Origin: the human T2T-CHM13v2.0 reference genome, Homo sapiens
Direction: 5' to 3' (one strand)
Assembly (NCBI RefSeq): GCF_009914755.1
Contig: NC_060933.1
DNA length: 64,000 nt
Part shown: in pieces, positions 27,555 through 41,846 of the stretch
Numbering within the stretch: the stretch's first letter is position 1
Layout: the number at the start of each line of letters is the position of its first letter
Position numbers and translations under genes: made by a program
Notes under the pieces: model-generated
What the model saw: only the letters and a program-made list of their open reading frames with translations
Databases searched by the model: none
Told to the model about the DNA's origin: nothing

Positions 27555-28006
27555 CTACTCATTCTGTTTCTTTTTCAACAAGTCAGATTTATTACAACCA
27601 TAAATTGAGAAAGGCAGTATTTTGGGTCTATTATCAAATGCCACCTTTTATTCAACGTAAAACCTTCTAAGTCTATAGGATGCTAAATATTCATTCATGG
27701 GCTCTATTTGGTCTTTGCGTCTACCAAATTGAATTAATTATACTGCCCAGTATGTGGTTCAGTCATTTGATGATTTGTCCTCACCATTCCCTATCCTGAC
27801 TCTAATGTATTTATTATATGCCCTTAAATATGTATATACCCTGAAAAGTATGTAGTGTTTTTAGTACATGTTTTTAACTTAGATAAAAATCATTGTACTA
27901 CGGGTCTTTCTCTGCTTCTTTTCTGTTTTTCACTTAATGGTTTTAAGCTTTGTTTTTAAGCTTTTTAGTCAGTAGAACATAATGATTAAGAGTAGAAAAT
28001 CTAGAC

Positions 28007-28507
28007 CAGCAGTCCCCAACATTTTTGGCACCAGAGACCAATTTTGTGGAAGACAGTTTTTCCATGGACCAGGGGATAGGGATGGTTTTAGGATGATTCA
28101 AGCACATTACATTTATTGTATATTTTATTTCTATTATTATTAAAATATAACATATAATGAAATAATTATACAACTCACCATACGTAGAATCAGTGGGAGC
28201 TCTTAGCTTGTTTTCCTGCAACTAGACAGTCCATCTAGGGGTGATAGGAAACAGTGACAGATTATCAGGCATTAGATTCTCATAAGGAACATGAAACCTA
28301 GATCTCACACTTGTGCAGTTCACAATAGGGTTCATGCTCCTATGAGAATCTCATGTCACCGCTGATTTGACAGGAGGCAGAGCTCAGGTGGTAGTGTGAG
28401 CAATGGGGAGCAGCTGTAAATACAGAAGAAGCTTTGCTCACTTGCCTGCCACTCACCTCCTGCCCAGTTCCTATCAGGCCACAGACCAGGGGGGTTGTGA
28501 ATCCCTG
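28007..28507 (+). mobile_element. MER1A (hAT-Charlie) inserted into a MIR
   Basis: cagcagtccccaacatttttggcacc...ggttgtgaatccctg. 8-bp TSD atctagac/atctagat. MIR sequence on both sides. Confidence 0.92.
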
Positions 28508-29124
28508 ATCTAGATTATACTACATAGGGTGAATGCTGGCTCTTCCATGCTGTGTGACCTTATGCTAATAACTTAAACTCTCCAATCCAATAGTTGCTAA
28601 TATCCACTTTGTAAAAATATAAGGACTGAATGAATGTGTGTAAAGAACTGAGGCTTAGAAAAGTATTAGACATATAAGAGCCACTTATGTGTTTATGAAA
28701 ATCCAATACATTATTTTTTAACAATTATGTAATATTCCATCATAGGCAGTACCTCATTTTACTTATTTTCCTGTTCCCTCCAACTTTTTAACCAAAAATG
28801 ACACTGTATTGACAACCTTATGTCTTTCCTTGCACAAACCTGTGGGATGTATACCAACGAGTGTGACTACTGGGTTATAGGGCATATGCACACTCCCCTT
28901 CTCCAGGCAGTGCCAGGTTGTACTCCAAAATGTCTGTGCCAACTTAAAATCTCTTGGCTGTGCATGGTGTTTCCATTTGCCTATATTCTCATCAACACTT
29001 ATTATCTAACCTTCAAATTTTTGCTAATTTGATTAGACATAAAAATAGCATGTCACTATTGTTTTGATTTGCATTTCTCCATTAGTGAGCTCATGTATAT
29101 GAAAGTTAGTCATTTGGATTTCTC

Positions 29125-29328
29125 TAGCATTTGGCTGGTAAATGTTTAACTCCTGGCTATAGGGGATGATGAAAGAGAAGGGAGTTTGATTTGTTGTGCA
29201 GTTTGTCAATTTCCATGGTATAAATACTGCAGCATGACCAATTTCAAGCTACCCTTTAGCAACTAGCTCATGAAATTTCATAATAGGCTCTCATAAGATG
29301 GCACAACACAGCTCCAGGACACTATTGG
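29125..29328 (-). mobile_element. MER63-like hAT-Blackjack element
   Basis: gctggtaaatgtttaac...ccaatttcaagctacc...cagctccaggacactattgg. Confidence 0.65.
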
Positions 29329-32300
29329 ATTGTTCCCTCTAGAAATTGCTTATTCATAACTTTGCCCATGTAAATATTTGATTTCCTGTCTTTCCCTTCT
29401 GGATTTACAGGAGTTTGTTTTATATATATGATGTTAACTACATCTGTGTTTCGAAGATTGCAAATAATTTCTCCCACTCTGCAAGAGTTAACCCTTTTGT
29501 TAACTTTATTGAAGAGTTAGTTTACTGAACAGAATGCCTTGAAGTTTGATGTAATTATTTCCATTTTTTTGCTTTGGCCTTTGCTTTAGGGATCTTATTT
29601 AAGAAATGCATCTTACTCCAAATGTGTTTATCAAACACCAGGTTTCATTCTTGCTGCCTGGGATTCAAAGATGAGTTCCTGAGGAGCTTGCAGTTTAGGG
29701 GCAAGAAAACAACATGCAACTGAGTAGTGGCAATACAATATGGAATGTGCTTATCATTGCTACATTTGCAAATATTTAGATGTGCCTTTGCAAAGCAAAA
29801 CAATTTTCCCCAATAGTGCATCTATGTGAATGATTAAAGGGTCTGAACTTCACGAGCTAGGAGAGGTAAAATAATAACTCCTTATAACTTCACAAAGCAT
29901 CCTAGTGTCTTGGGAATTTCATCTTGTCTCCTTTGAGAAAGTTGTCCAAAGATAAAAGAACTTGAGATGACCTTACAGCAGTGGTGGAGCCAAGTCCAGT
30001 GTTCCATTGCTAACCCATTTCTCTGGCCATACACATTTGCTGCTGCTCCTCTTAGTTTCCGCTCCTGCTCCTCCCTGTGCTTCCTTAAAAAACAACAACA
30101 GCAGCAACTCTTGTATTATTATCCTTTAACCCAACTGTTTGAACTGCATCCTCTCTTTTGAAACTTTCTGCATATAGCTTATAAGCTTTAAAACAGGATA
30201 TATGTGTTTTACATAATAATTGATAGAAACTCAAGAGTTTAATTTTTAAAATATTAGGTAGGTGTTTGCTTACACGTTCATAGAATGGTGTGATCACATA
30301 AAACTACACCCAGATAAGCCTTGAAGAAATATACGTAAGTCTTTTAGAGATATAGATGGTGATAGTGATGCTGAGCCTGACTGCATTGAAGAAGAACTAT
30401 CTTGTGAGGAGTTGAGGAGCTCCAAGCCATATTTTTCGAGGGTTCAGGGGGTAAGCAGACAGCCACTGCTGACGGCTTCACCAGAATTGCTCCAAAGCAA
30501 CCCAGAGATCCAAAAGGGATCTCCGTAATCGCAGAAATTCCAGGGGTGGTGCTCATTGTAAAGTATGTTGTTGCTGCTATTATTGTTTGCCACATTCTTT
30601 CATTCTCCTTTCTTAGCTTGCTATGACATATGCATAATAGTGAATAGTGTAGCAAAGAACCTGATGTGGGGGTCCCTATGCCTGAACTATGAGATGGCAT
30701 TTGTCTCTGAGTTCCTCAAAATGGTCCAAGCAAAATGTTCCTATTTTGTAACCACAATTGAGGTCAATGGTTCAATGATCAAGAACAGATAGTATATTTA
30801 TCCTGATAGAAATAAAGATTGTAGCAATACAAAAGGCTTTTATTAAATTTGATGCCTGTAAACAGGTTGCTTCTAACACCCCCAAGACAAATAAACAGTC
30901 ATACTTTTTCTCTCCCTCCCTTCTTCTTTCCAGTTCAGAAACTGTCTGCATTTCCCAAATTCAGTTTCATGAATATTCTTTATATTGATAATTTAGTGCG
31001 CCATGGGTAGAAAGTGGGGGAAGCTCTGTGTTCAAATGAGTTTAAATGACTGTATGCCAAAATGCATTTCTGGGAATTCCACAATACCAGTAGGCCCTGA
31101 GAATCTTCCAGTAACAAAATCTGTCAAATTGAGTTTAACCCAAGATTTCACAAACTTCTCCTGGCCCCAGATACTTATCTCTCTGTCTCATGTCCCCACA
31201 CTCCCTCTTCTTTCCCAGAGCACTTATTACTATCTTGTATATTGGAGAACACCACTCAGAACACATTTATATGAAACCAATAGTTTAGTTTTAACCAATG
31301 TAATAATATGTCCCAAACAGTTTCATATCATATCACAAACTATAGACTCTCACCCACTTATTCAACCAATATTTTATTATTATGTGCCTGTGCTAAACTG
31401 GGGTTACAGATTTGAAGGATCCTTTCCCTTAGGGCCTCACATCTTGGTTTAGAGGGATTGGGATAGTCACACCTCATGCCAGAAGGGCACAGTTCCTGGC
31501 AGGTGAGCACAGGAGGGAGCCATCACATTATGCTGTGAAGACTTCCGAGCAATTTCAGGAGCTTTAGTGTTCATCTAAGCCAATGTCCATCCACTTCTGG
31601 GTTCTTCTTTATAATTCGACAACTAGTGTTCTGTACTAGAATATTCTGGTGATAGAAAACACATTACATGCTCCCATCCTCAAATAATGAAAAGTACAGC
31701 ATCAAATATATCACAAAACCCCATACAACTTAATCCCACCATAGCCCATCCATAATGATTAGGCAAACTTCTTTTGTTGGGCTAAAATCCTATTTTTTTT
31801 TAGATTAAGTGGATTAATCTATTTTTAAATCCTTAAGTAAGTTATCTTTATTTTGGACTTACAACATCATACATTAGGGTTTTAATGTGGATATTATTAT
31901 AGCATGAACAGGCCAACAAAATTAATTATAAAAGTTTTCTTTACTCTTCTGTCTAGGTTTAAGACTCAAAATGACTGTTAGAACAAGGGAAAGGCTAAAA
32001 GCCACACGTTAGGCAGAAAGTTAAACCAGTCTTCCCAAAGCCAGTTCAGTACTCATTTTTGTACAATGCCTAAAGCTGCACAAGTAGTTAATGGTCAATC
32101 TAGTACTGCATCCAGGTCTTAAAATTCCGAAGGCCATACATTTCTATTACACCATGACAGCCAGCTCAAATGTCACTGCTGCCACATACTTCTCTCTCAG
32201 AGTTAATATTCACTTCTTGATGTCATTGTGGTGTCTGTCCATCCTTCCTTCCATCTTTCTCAGCCACTCATCTATCCATCTGTTAAGGTATAACCAATTG

Positions 32301-32779
32301 TGTTATAACACTGATAATATGGTCACATCATCATATCCTTGAAAAGCTAAGAACTTCATCTTTATATTTCTCTCATCCCTCTGAGGGGCTTGGCACATGA
32401 TTGGTGTGTAGCAGGAGTTTGCTGACTTCTATTGTTTTACCAGAGAGACCTCAAGTTAGCACCAAAATCAGTTTAGTTTAACGAAAGATATAGCGGAACT
32501 ATAAAATTTTAGACCATAGAGATCCTTGATGGATTGCATCTATCCCCTGTCCCTCCCTTAAACAAGTGAATAAATAAGTAAAATGCACAAGTCATCCATG
32601 ACCTTCTATTCACAGAATTCTCTTGGCTCGTCCTCTCACCACTGTCACTTTCTCATGCATAGCATGTGTATTCAGCTCTGCCCTTTCCCTTCTTTGAGGC
32701 AGCCCTGGGAAAGACCAGAGCTCTTGAGCCTCTCAGGCTCAAGTTCTATGCCTTTTGCTCTACTGATCCTTGCAATTAT

Positions 32780-33090
32780 TGACTATCAGAAACTTGCTGT
32801 AGGATTTTATATTTATCCCAAATGTCAGAATCATTTTGAATTTTTAATCTTGCTTTCTCTGATATTAGCTATGCCTGCCAGTTTTGTATCACTATACGTT
32901 TAACATTCTTCTATGTATTCATCCATGTCATTGAATTAAAAAATCCCTAGCAGCAAAAGATCAAAGAGAAAATTTTGTAGCCCAATTTAGTTTAAGTTAT
33001 ACCAAATATTTATCCCTTCCTTGATGTAGTTGTAAATCTACTTAGTAATATTATTATATGCTCTACATTTCTCCATATCATCCACCTATA
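32780..33090 (-). mobile_element. L3/CR1 reverse-transcriptase fragment
   Basis: ccagttttgtatcac...ttctatgtattcatccatgtcattga resembles the complement of the CR1 RT core. Confidence 0.55.
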
Positions 33091-33373
33091 AACAACCACT
33101 GAGACACTGGAGGAAGGAAGTACTAAATGAAGACAAGGATGTAGTATTTGTATTTATTCTTCAAGGAGTGGCCAAGTAAGAAGGTGAAGGCAGCCCAAGA
33201 AGAGAGGTAGACCTATGTATTCTCCGCTAACTAAGAGGCCATGCCTGATGGGATTTGCTGGCTTGGACTCTATTCGAATGGTAGGCTGCTTCTATCCATT
33301 ACCAAAAAATATGGGCAGGACAAAGGCCAGTGTGTTCAATGCAGAGAAAATTGCTGGATTTACCTAGAATAGC

Positions 33374-34220
33374 TGTGTCTTAATCTGGGCTGCAATAGCA
33401 AATTGTAATAGACTAGGAAGCATAAACAACCATATAGCTTGCTGTTTTGAAAACTGGGAAGCCAAGATCAAAGAGCCAGCAGATTCACTGTCTAGTGAGG
33501 GCCCTCTTGCTGGTTTGCAGGTAGCTACTGTGAACCCCATACATCTAAGACAGGTCTGAATTTAGAAAGTTTATCCAAGGTTAAAGAGACATGCCTATGA
33601 TATAGCCTGAGGAGGTCCTGATGACATGTGCCCTAGGTGGTCAGGACACAGCTTGGTTTTATACATTTTAGAAGACATGAGACATCAATTAATATATGTA
33701 AGTTGTACATTGGTTCAGTCCAGAAAGGCGGGACAACTTGAAGCAGGGAGGGGGCTTCCAGGTCACAGGTAGATAAGAGACAAATGGTTGCATTCTTTTG
33801 AGTTTCTGGTTAGCCTTTCCAGAGGAAGCAATCGGATATGCATTTATCTCAGTCAGCAGGGGGATGACTTTGAGTTCTGTCTGTCCTTTGTCCACAAGGC
33901 AATTCCTTGTGAGGGAGGCATGGAGCTTTTTAATCGTTTTTTAGAAATGGAATGAGAGACAGGTTTTCCCTAAGAAGTTCCCAGCTTGACTTTTCCCTTT
34001 GGCTTAGTGATTTTGGGGTCCCAAGATTCATTTTAGTTTCATACTGCCTCCTTGCTATAACCTCACTGAGGCCAGGAGAGAGAGATCAGCTCTCTCATGT
34101 CTCCTAAGAACACTAATCCTATTCATGAGACTGGGACCCCACCTCCAAATACCATCACATTGGGGATTTAGGCTTTGAAATATGAATTTGGGGAGAACAC
34201 AAAAATTCAGCCCATACAAA
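33374..34220 (-). mobile_element. MLT1A-like LTR split by a MER4-group LTR
   Basis: tgtgtcttaatctgggctgcaatagcaaa...; resumes at 34044 and continues to accatcacattggggatttagg. Confidence 0.85.
33529..34043 (-). mobile_element. MER4A-like ERV1 solo LTR
   Basis: ggaggtcctgatgacatgtgccc...cttggttttatacattttag...ggcttagtgattttggggtcccaagat. 4-bp TSD ctac/ctgc. Confidence 0.85.
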
Positions 34221-34224
34221 GTAA

Positions 34225-34850
34225 TCACTGAAGATTTTGGAGGAGTATACAGATATAATCATAGCTATACCTTAGGATGGTTAACTCTTTAGCAGCAGGG
34301 TAAATGATGGCACGGAGAGGTTGAGATCCCAAAGGCAGCAAAAGCAGGTTGGACAAGATTTCAAAAGTGCAGGTGAGAGAATGTGGAAGCCTGAAGGTGG
34401 CAGTGGCAGTTTGCATAAATGAGATAAATGTAAGGAGACCCTTCAGTAAGACTTTGGCAACTGACCAGGTATGGCGTGAAGAGAAAGCTAGGGGAAGGAG
34501 GAGTCTAAGATGACACTGAGATTTCTAGCCTGTGTAACTGAGAGAATGGTCGTTGGATTTACCAGGATAGGGAACTCAAGAGAAGCTGCAGCCTGGGGAG
34601 AGGAGAAATAATGAGTTCCAGTTTAGACTTGTGGCATTTGGAGTACCTATGGAACACATCAAGTTGGTGGTCAGGAGAAAACCCAGAGCTACAAATGATG
34701 ATAGGAGAGTCAATGGAATCAATATAAGAATGGAAGCCACGAAAAGAGATGAGATCTCCCTAGAAGAGAACATAGAAAGAAAATGACAAAGGGGTTAAAG
34801 ATAGATCCTGGGTGGGTACCACCATTTATAGACCAGGCTGAAGAAAAGGG
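34225..34850 (-). mobile_element. L2 fragment
   Basis: ggagtctaagatgacactgagatttctagcctg...gatgagatctccctag. Confidence 0.7.
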
Positions 34851-35548
34851 AAAATTAAAGCAACAATGTTTTCAGATAGTTAAGAAAGAAGAATGGAGGA
34901 AGAGGAGACCTCAGTCAACCTCTACTATCACCCCAAAGTAAAAAAGCACTGAAAAGGAAGAGCAAATAGAAATTTAAAAGCAAGAAAAAGAGCTGAGTAC
35001 TTATCAAGTGCCAGGCATTGTACTAAGCTTTTTATATACATCATGTCATTGTGTTAATTGCAGGTTTTCAGTGTAAAAAGAACAGTTAAATGGCTCCAGA
35101 GGTTCAGATTGAGGTAACTCATTATACCTCACAGAGTAGTGTTAAGTATCATGTAAGATAATATATTTAAAGTTACATAGCTGATTACATGGGCAATCAG
35201 TAAGAGTCATTATTATTATTTCTTTGGACTTACTTTTATAATATCTGTCTTCCCTGACAGAAAACCCCATGAGTCCAAAGACCATGGCTATTTTAACATT
35301 TTTGTTGCTCAGTTTTTTTAACTAAGTATTATTGATGTCTGTGTATAGTAGACACTCAATATTAGTTGAATGACTGGATGATCACATTTCGTCTACATAT
35401 CCTTGCCTGTGGGCACCTCTTTAGTCCTTAAAGAAGAGGGGATGAATTCTCATATACACACTGGTACATTTGAAGTCCCTCAGTTTTCACAAGAGGATGT
35501 CCTTCTTAACCACACTTTAATTGCTTTAATTAAAAGATATAGGTCTGT

Positions 35549-35959
35549 CATGGAATCAACCTAAATGCTCAACAATGATAGACTGGATAAATAAACTGTG
35601 GAACACATACACCATGGAATAGTATGCATCCATAAAAAAGAATGAGATCATGTCCTTCGCCGGAACATGGATAGAGCTGGAGGCCATTATCCTTAGCAAA
35701 CTAACACAGACACAGAAAACCAAATACTGCATGTTCTGACTTATAAGTGAGACCTAAATGATAACACATCGACACATAGAGGGGAACAATGCACACTAGA
35801 ACCTACTGGAGGGCAGAGGATCAGGAAAAATAATGGATACTAGACTTTATACCTACGTGATGAAATAATCTGTACAACAAACCCCCATGACACACATTTA
35901 CCTATGTAACAAACCCGTACATCCTGCACATATACCCCTGAACTTAAAAGTTAAAAAAA
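35549..35959 (+). mobile_element. 5'-truncated L1 3' end (older L1PA/L1PB)
   Basis: L1 3'UTR and A-tail. 17-bp TSD aaaagatatag(g/c)tctgt at 35532-35548 / 35960-35976. Confidence 0.92.
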
Positions 35960-36109
35960 AAAAGATATAGCTCTGTATTTAACTAACTGGAGACTTACTA
36001 GAAAAATAGTCTCTAATTCACTGCTGCCCATTAGTTTTTAGAAACTAAACTGAGAAAAACTATACCAAGGAAGGAGTCTTGAAAGATACACAGTCTATCT
36101 ACTCTTCTA

Positions 36110-36330
36110 GGAAACTATTTTTGTTGAGTCAGACACTGCTCTAAGTACTTGTTACACAGTCTCATTTAATCTTCATGATAATCTGAAGCATTAGGTACTA
36201 TAGTATTATTAACCCAGTTTTTCAAATGAAGGCACGAAAATTTAGACCACACACCTAGTAGGCAGCACAGCTGGTTTCCAACCTAGGCAATCTGTCCTGT
36301 ACTCTTAACCTTTCATTATGCTGTCTCTCT
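36110..36330 (-). mobile_element. MIR
   Basis: cactgctctaagtactt...ctcatttaatcttcat... Confidence 0.7.
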
Positions 36331-36460
36331 CAAGTTCAACTGCAGCTGAATCATAATGCCTACCTCTTCCATTCTATTTCAGAGTCTTGTTTTTGTGAGT
36401 TTTGCTTATATGAAACCTATATTAAGTTGATATGAGGTCTCATATTAAGAACAGTATCAT

Positions 36461-37143
36461 CAGGAAACAATAGATACTGGAGAAGATGTGGAGAAATAGG
36501 AATGCTTTTACACTGTTGGTGGGAGTATAAATTAGTTCAACCATTGTGGAAGACAGTGTGGTGATTCCTCAAGGATCTAGAACCAGAAATACCATTTGAG
36601 CCAGCAATCCCATTACTGGGTATATACCCAAAGGATTATAAATCATTCTACTATAAAGATACATGCCCATGTATGTTTATTGCAGCACTGTTCACAATAG
36701 CAAAGACTTGGAACCAACCCAAATGCCCATCAATGATAGACTGGATAAAGAAATTGTGGCACATATATACCATGAAATACTATGCAGCCATAAAAAGGGA
36801 TGAGTTCATGTCCTTTGCAAGGACATGGATGAAGCAGGAAACCATCATTCTCAGCAAACTAACACAAGAACAGAAAACCAAACAATGCATATTCTCACTC
36901 ATAAGTGGGAGTTGAAAAATGAGAACACCTGGACACAGGGAGTGGAACATCGCACACCAGGGCCTGTCAGGGGGTAGGGGCCTGGGGGAGGGATAGCATT
37001 AGGAGAAATACCTAATGTACATGACAGGTTGATGGGTTCAGCAAACCACCACGGCACATGTATACCTATGTAACAAACCCGGACATTCTGCACATGTATC
37101 CCAGAACTTAAAGTATAATTTAAAAAAAGAAAAATTTTAAAAA
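36461..37143 (+). mobile_element. 5'-truncated L1PA (L1PA7/8-like) 3' end
   Basis: MFIAALFTIAKTWNQPKCPS ORF2 end, G-rich 3'UTR and A-tail. TSD aagaacagtatcat / aataacagcaccat. Confidence 0.93.
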
Positions 37144-37679
37144 AATAACAGCACCATGATACTCACCACTGAATCATTGTTTATCCTGTTACGTTGTTTA
37201 CAAGAACCCAAAGGAAGAACTCCTGTCTGGTCACTATACCAGAAGTATTCTGCTTATCCTTTAACCATTGGTTTGCTTTTGATCTTATAGATATTGACCA
37301 CCATTTCCTTATTGCATTGACTGTTAGACAATTTAGAATGAAGCATGTAATTCCTGCCTCTATTTTATATCACCATATTTATTTCCTTCCTGCTTCCATT
37401 CCAACTTCTTGCTGATGCTAGCTTACTTTATTTGATGAAAGCTGATTTTTGGAACAAAATAGGAATACATAAACACACCTCACTGCATTTTTGTGAGACG
37501 ATTATTAACCTTCATATAGATGAGAAAACTGACACTTGGAAACATTTAAAGTGTCCAAGTATGTAACATAGTTTAGTTCTTAATATTCTGCTGACTTATA
37601 TTTGTAACCTGACTTTCCCCTAGGCCACACAAATTTGAGTGGAGAGAGATATTTATAGTAATCATCCAAGGTTTACTCC

Positions 37680-37840
37680 TGTGAGCTCTGTGACCTCATG
37701 CAATCTGTCTGTGCCTGTTTCCTCAAATGTAAAATGGAAATAATAATGTACTTACCACCCACCATGGTTGGGCAGATGAAGAGTTAATTTACGTAAGGTG
37801 TTTAAAACAGTTCCTGGGACATGCACAATATAACATTATC
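37680..37840 (+). mobile_element. MIR
   Basis: ctgtgcctgtttcctcaaatgtaaaatggaaataataatgtac. Confidence 0.75.
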
Positions 37841-38734
37841 ATCTCTGTCTCCTTCTCCTTTTCTTCCTCCCTCTCTTCTTCCTTCTCTCTCCTTCCTCCA
37901 CCTCCTTGGCTCTTGTGTCTGTTGTATATGGAGGACCTCCATCCCCTCTCAGGGGGTCAAACTTATTTCTAAGGCTCCCCAGTGAGGTCTCATGGGGGCT
38001 GTCAATTTATGTGCTTCCCCTCTAGCCTACTACATTGGTTTCCAGTTCTGTGAATGCTACTTGAGGGTTTCCCACCCCAGCCCTTGTGTGCAACTATTGA
38101 CATTTGTGACTAGGATGCTTTTTCCCAATACCAAAAAACATCCAAATCCTTAAAGTGTGCTATTCCCTGGTGTCCTGGCTAAGACATTGCTTTCATGTCA
38201 CAACCGTGTCAGTTCTTACCACCTAAGCTCTGATGTCATACTCCCTCTGCCCAACATTTCCTTTATCCCCTCGCTTTATGGAATTGAATATCTATATTGA
38301 TGGAGCTGGGCCAAAACCAATACCCTAAGCAGACACCACACAGCCCTCTCCTTCCCCATGCATCCTCTTCTCCCTCATGCAATATCCCCCCTTCCATTGT
38401 TCTCCTTCTATCAAGTCCCCTCCCAACCAGTTCACCAGGCACCTGCAGCCACGCATAACTCCCACTGGGGATCAGCAGACAACCTCCTACAGAAGACTTG
38501 TTGTTCCTTGTGTTGGTGGGCATGCCCCAGGTAGATTACAAATTACATGGGGTTGGAGAGCATGTCTGAGAATTCCTCACCTTCACAGCACTTAGACTGA
38601 GTTCAGAGGCAGCTCACAAGAAGAGTTGCTGATTGACTAGCTTTGATAGCTCATGGCCGAACCAGAATGAGAAACTTCTTTGGGGACAGATATATTGTCT
38701 CTGGTTTGTCTGTGCTTGGTTCATTGTTTGTGTT

Positions 38735-38836
38735 TAGTCACCCCAGATTGCTCAGGGCCATCCTAGTTTTAGCCCTGAAAGTCCTGTGCCCCAGGAAGCC
38801 CCTCAGCCCTGAACAAACTGGATTGTTGATCACCTA
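38735..38836. mobile_element. MER81-like hAT-Blackjack MITE
   Basis: gttttagccctgaaagtcctgtgccccaggaagcccctcag...gttgatcaccta. Confidence 0.7.
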
Positions 38837-39680
38837 GCACTAGGATGCCCTTTACACTTCAGACAAGATGCTTCATGTATACTCTCATTCCAAACTCTTG
38901 CCTCTGTCCTACTGCCCTGGACACACAGGCTTACATGAGTCACACCATCATTATCTGATTCCCTGTTTCCCCAGCTTGTATCAGGACATATAAATTATTG
39001 GTCCACAGTTCCTCCAGACTTAACAGCCTGTTGGAAAAGGTTCTCATCCTCTTCTCTCAGCTTTGTGACCTTCACAATTATTGCTCTTCTTGACATTTTT
39101 ACTTTTCTTTAACCAGCAAAGGGCCTTGGTAGAAACACAGTGCTTTTAACCACAGGAAGCTGAATTTCAGATATTGCTGGATTCTGCCTTCTGAAGCCTC
39201 GTGGAATGATCAGCACTTAATGCATTTTTTACTGCTATATTGGATTGTCATTCTTGGAAAGCAACAGCTGAGGAAAGTCCCTGGTACATGAGCTCCTTAC
39301 ACCTTGTTATACTCCCACAGCCATAATTGCTTCTTTCACACTGACATCTTCAACCCTTCCACCAGTACTTGCACCCAGCATGGCCTCACCATCTGCTCAT
39401 GTGACACCAACATTATGGCCTCCCTCCATGCATTCCTAAATGGAGCTGAGGAAGGCAACAGAGATAGCAAGTGTGCCAGCTGGCACCAGTGACATAAACA
39501 TAGACAGTGATAAATCATATCTCAGGACAGGGAGGAAGAAAGGAGTATGCTGATGGCTAATTGTGTGGCATCATCAGTGCAGTGAGATGGATCTCTCTGC
39601 TCATGGAGACAGAATCAATGTGTGTTGTTTCTGTTCCTGCAGTATGTGCATCAGTTTCCTTTAAAAATATGGTCACAGGA

Positions 39681-39987
<307 letters not shown>

Positions 39988-40110
39988 TCAATAGAAAATC
40001 AACTAGAAATCAAAATCTGAGTTGTTCTATTTCTGCTTCTGTGCATCTCTAAATAGCATTATTGGGGGACTTCCCAGGGAGTTTGAGGATTGCTTGAAAA
40101 TGACAGGGAA

Positions 40111-40405
40111 GGCCGGGCGCGGTGGCTCACGCCTGTAATCCCAACACTTTGGGAGGCTGAGATGGATGGATCACTCGAGGTCAAGAGTTTGAGACCAGCC
40201 TGGTCAACATGATGAAACCTTGTCTCTACTAAAAATACAAAAAATTAGCCAGGCGTGATGGCATGCACCTGTAATCCCAGCTACCGGGAAAGCGGAGGTT
40301 GCAGTGAGCCGAGATCCTGCCACTGCACTCCAGCCTGGAAGACAGAATGAGACCCTGTCTCCAAAAAAAAAAAGAAAGAAAGAAAGAAAGAAATAAAGAA
40401 AAAGA
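40111..40405 (+). mobile_element. Alu with right-arm internal deletion and (GAAA)n tail
   Basis: cccagctaccgggaaagcggaggttgcag skips the gaggctgaggcaggagaat segment. TSD aaaatgacagggaa / aaaattacaaggaa. Confidence 0.93.
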
Positions 40406-41683
40406 AAATTACAAGGAAGAGTTTCTGGCTTCTGGCTGCTCGGGGGAAGAGCCAAGGCAAGCCAATTCATGCTCGTGGTGGGTGGTCAGTTCTGTCACAT
40501 AAGCTGCTGAAGCTCCCACCTACCACTACCACCCTTTGGGTCTCCAAGGTTCTCTGTTCTTTATGTCCTGCAAATTTTTATAAACTTTTAATTTATCCAG
40601 TTCTCTCTGAATGCTGCTTCCGGGATTAAATCAGCTAGGCAACTATTCAAGATTTGTTCTATAGATCTCAAATTTAGGCATGTAATGCTTTCTTTGTTGT
40701 TAGATCTTCATTTATTTCAGTGTATTTGGTGTTAAGATAGTTCTGTTTTAAGAGCTTCCATTCCTTGTGTTTGTCTTGAGTTCTTTTCCTATGTATAAGT
40801 TTTTGCTTTCATTTACCTCATTTTCACTTTTTTTTAGAAAAAGGAAGTGGTAGCACAAAGATACCCATAAAATACAATCCTCTTCCTACGAAAGAGGAAG
40901 CTAGATGTCATTTTGATTTTTATTTTTTTATCCAGAAGCCCCCATAGATCTTGCCTATTCCCATTCAGGTATCTCCCAAGAGCTGATGAAGCCAAGAGAG
41001 ACAAAATTGTTTCCAGCCACATGGATGAGACACATGACACACACAAAAATCCCAGATCAGCCCTTTGCAGGGGGACAGACGGAACTCCAGAGACAGAGCC
41101 TTAAAACTGTTGGAAGCCTGGTGTTATTTCATCTTCAAAACATCAAGTCAACTGGCTATGTTCCTTGCCATCAGGTCAACTCACTTAACAAGTCAAGCAT
41201 AAAAGAAACAGTAACTTCATAGCTTTGATTTTATAAACTAGCTGCAATCAGGAGCACCTATTAGTAGGGGTAGCTTTGGAGTATCTCTCTCAATCTTTCA
41301 GGAAACATATTTATCCAAGTCTCTTCTCTGTTGCTATAAGGAAAATAAATAAACCAATTACTTCAAACAGCAGAGAAGGCTGGCATAAAGGTTGGTGATT
41401 TACATGTGGCCCCAATAAACAACTCCAAGCATGGAAAAACACATGGAAGTGTCCAGAGATTACTGGACAGTCCAAAGTTGTGATTGGAGATCCACATCTC
41501 TGGGAGCAGAAAACGCTAGATACTAGAAGAATGTAATCCATAAACAGTCAGAAACAAGTCATGTGTAAGGGCTAGTGAATGAAGAGATGGTTTGTGGCCT
41601 AATTGGAATAAAAGGAAAGGTAGCAATGGATGTAGCTAAAAGGTAAACACCTTTAGATAAGATGGTTAGAAATTTGTACTTGA

Positions 41684-41753
41684 AGCTGGGTGCAGTGGCT
41701 CATGCCTGTATAATCCTAGCACTTTGGAAGGCCGAGGTGGGTGGATCATTTGA
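41684..41753 (+). mobile_element. Alu 5' fragment (left part of a broken Alu)
   Basis: agctgggtgcagtggctcatgcctgta...ggatcatttga, then abrupt loss of Alu similarity. Confidence 0.9.
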
Positions 41754-41846
41754 ATTAAGAATCTTCCCTGTCCTTCCAATTTCTCCTCTTTTGATGCCTT
41801 TCCTCTTTGGTATCTCTGTTATAATGTGTCTCAAGTACAAACTTCT

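Larger units (their letters stand above)
27800..29625 (-). mobile_element. Ancient L1 (L1ME-type) containing nested MIR, MER1A and MER63-like insertions
   Basis: attgttttgatttgcatttctc; gattgcaaataatttctccc; gatcttatttaagaaat. Confidence 0.6.

Noticed and set aside
31003-31452. 149-aa ORF
   Set aside because: No recognisable domain or splice context; overlaps decayed MER103/L2-like sequence.
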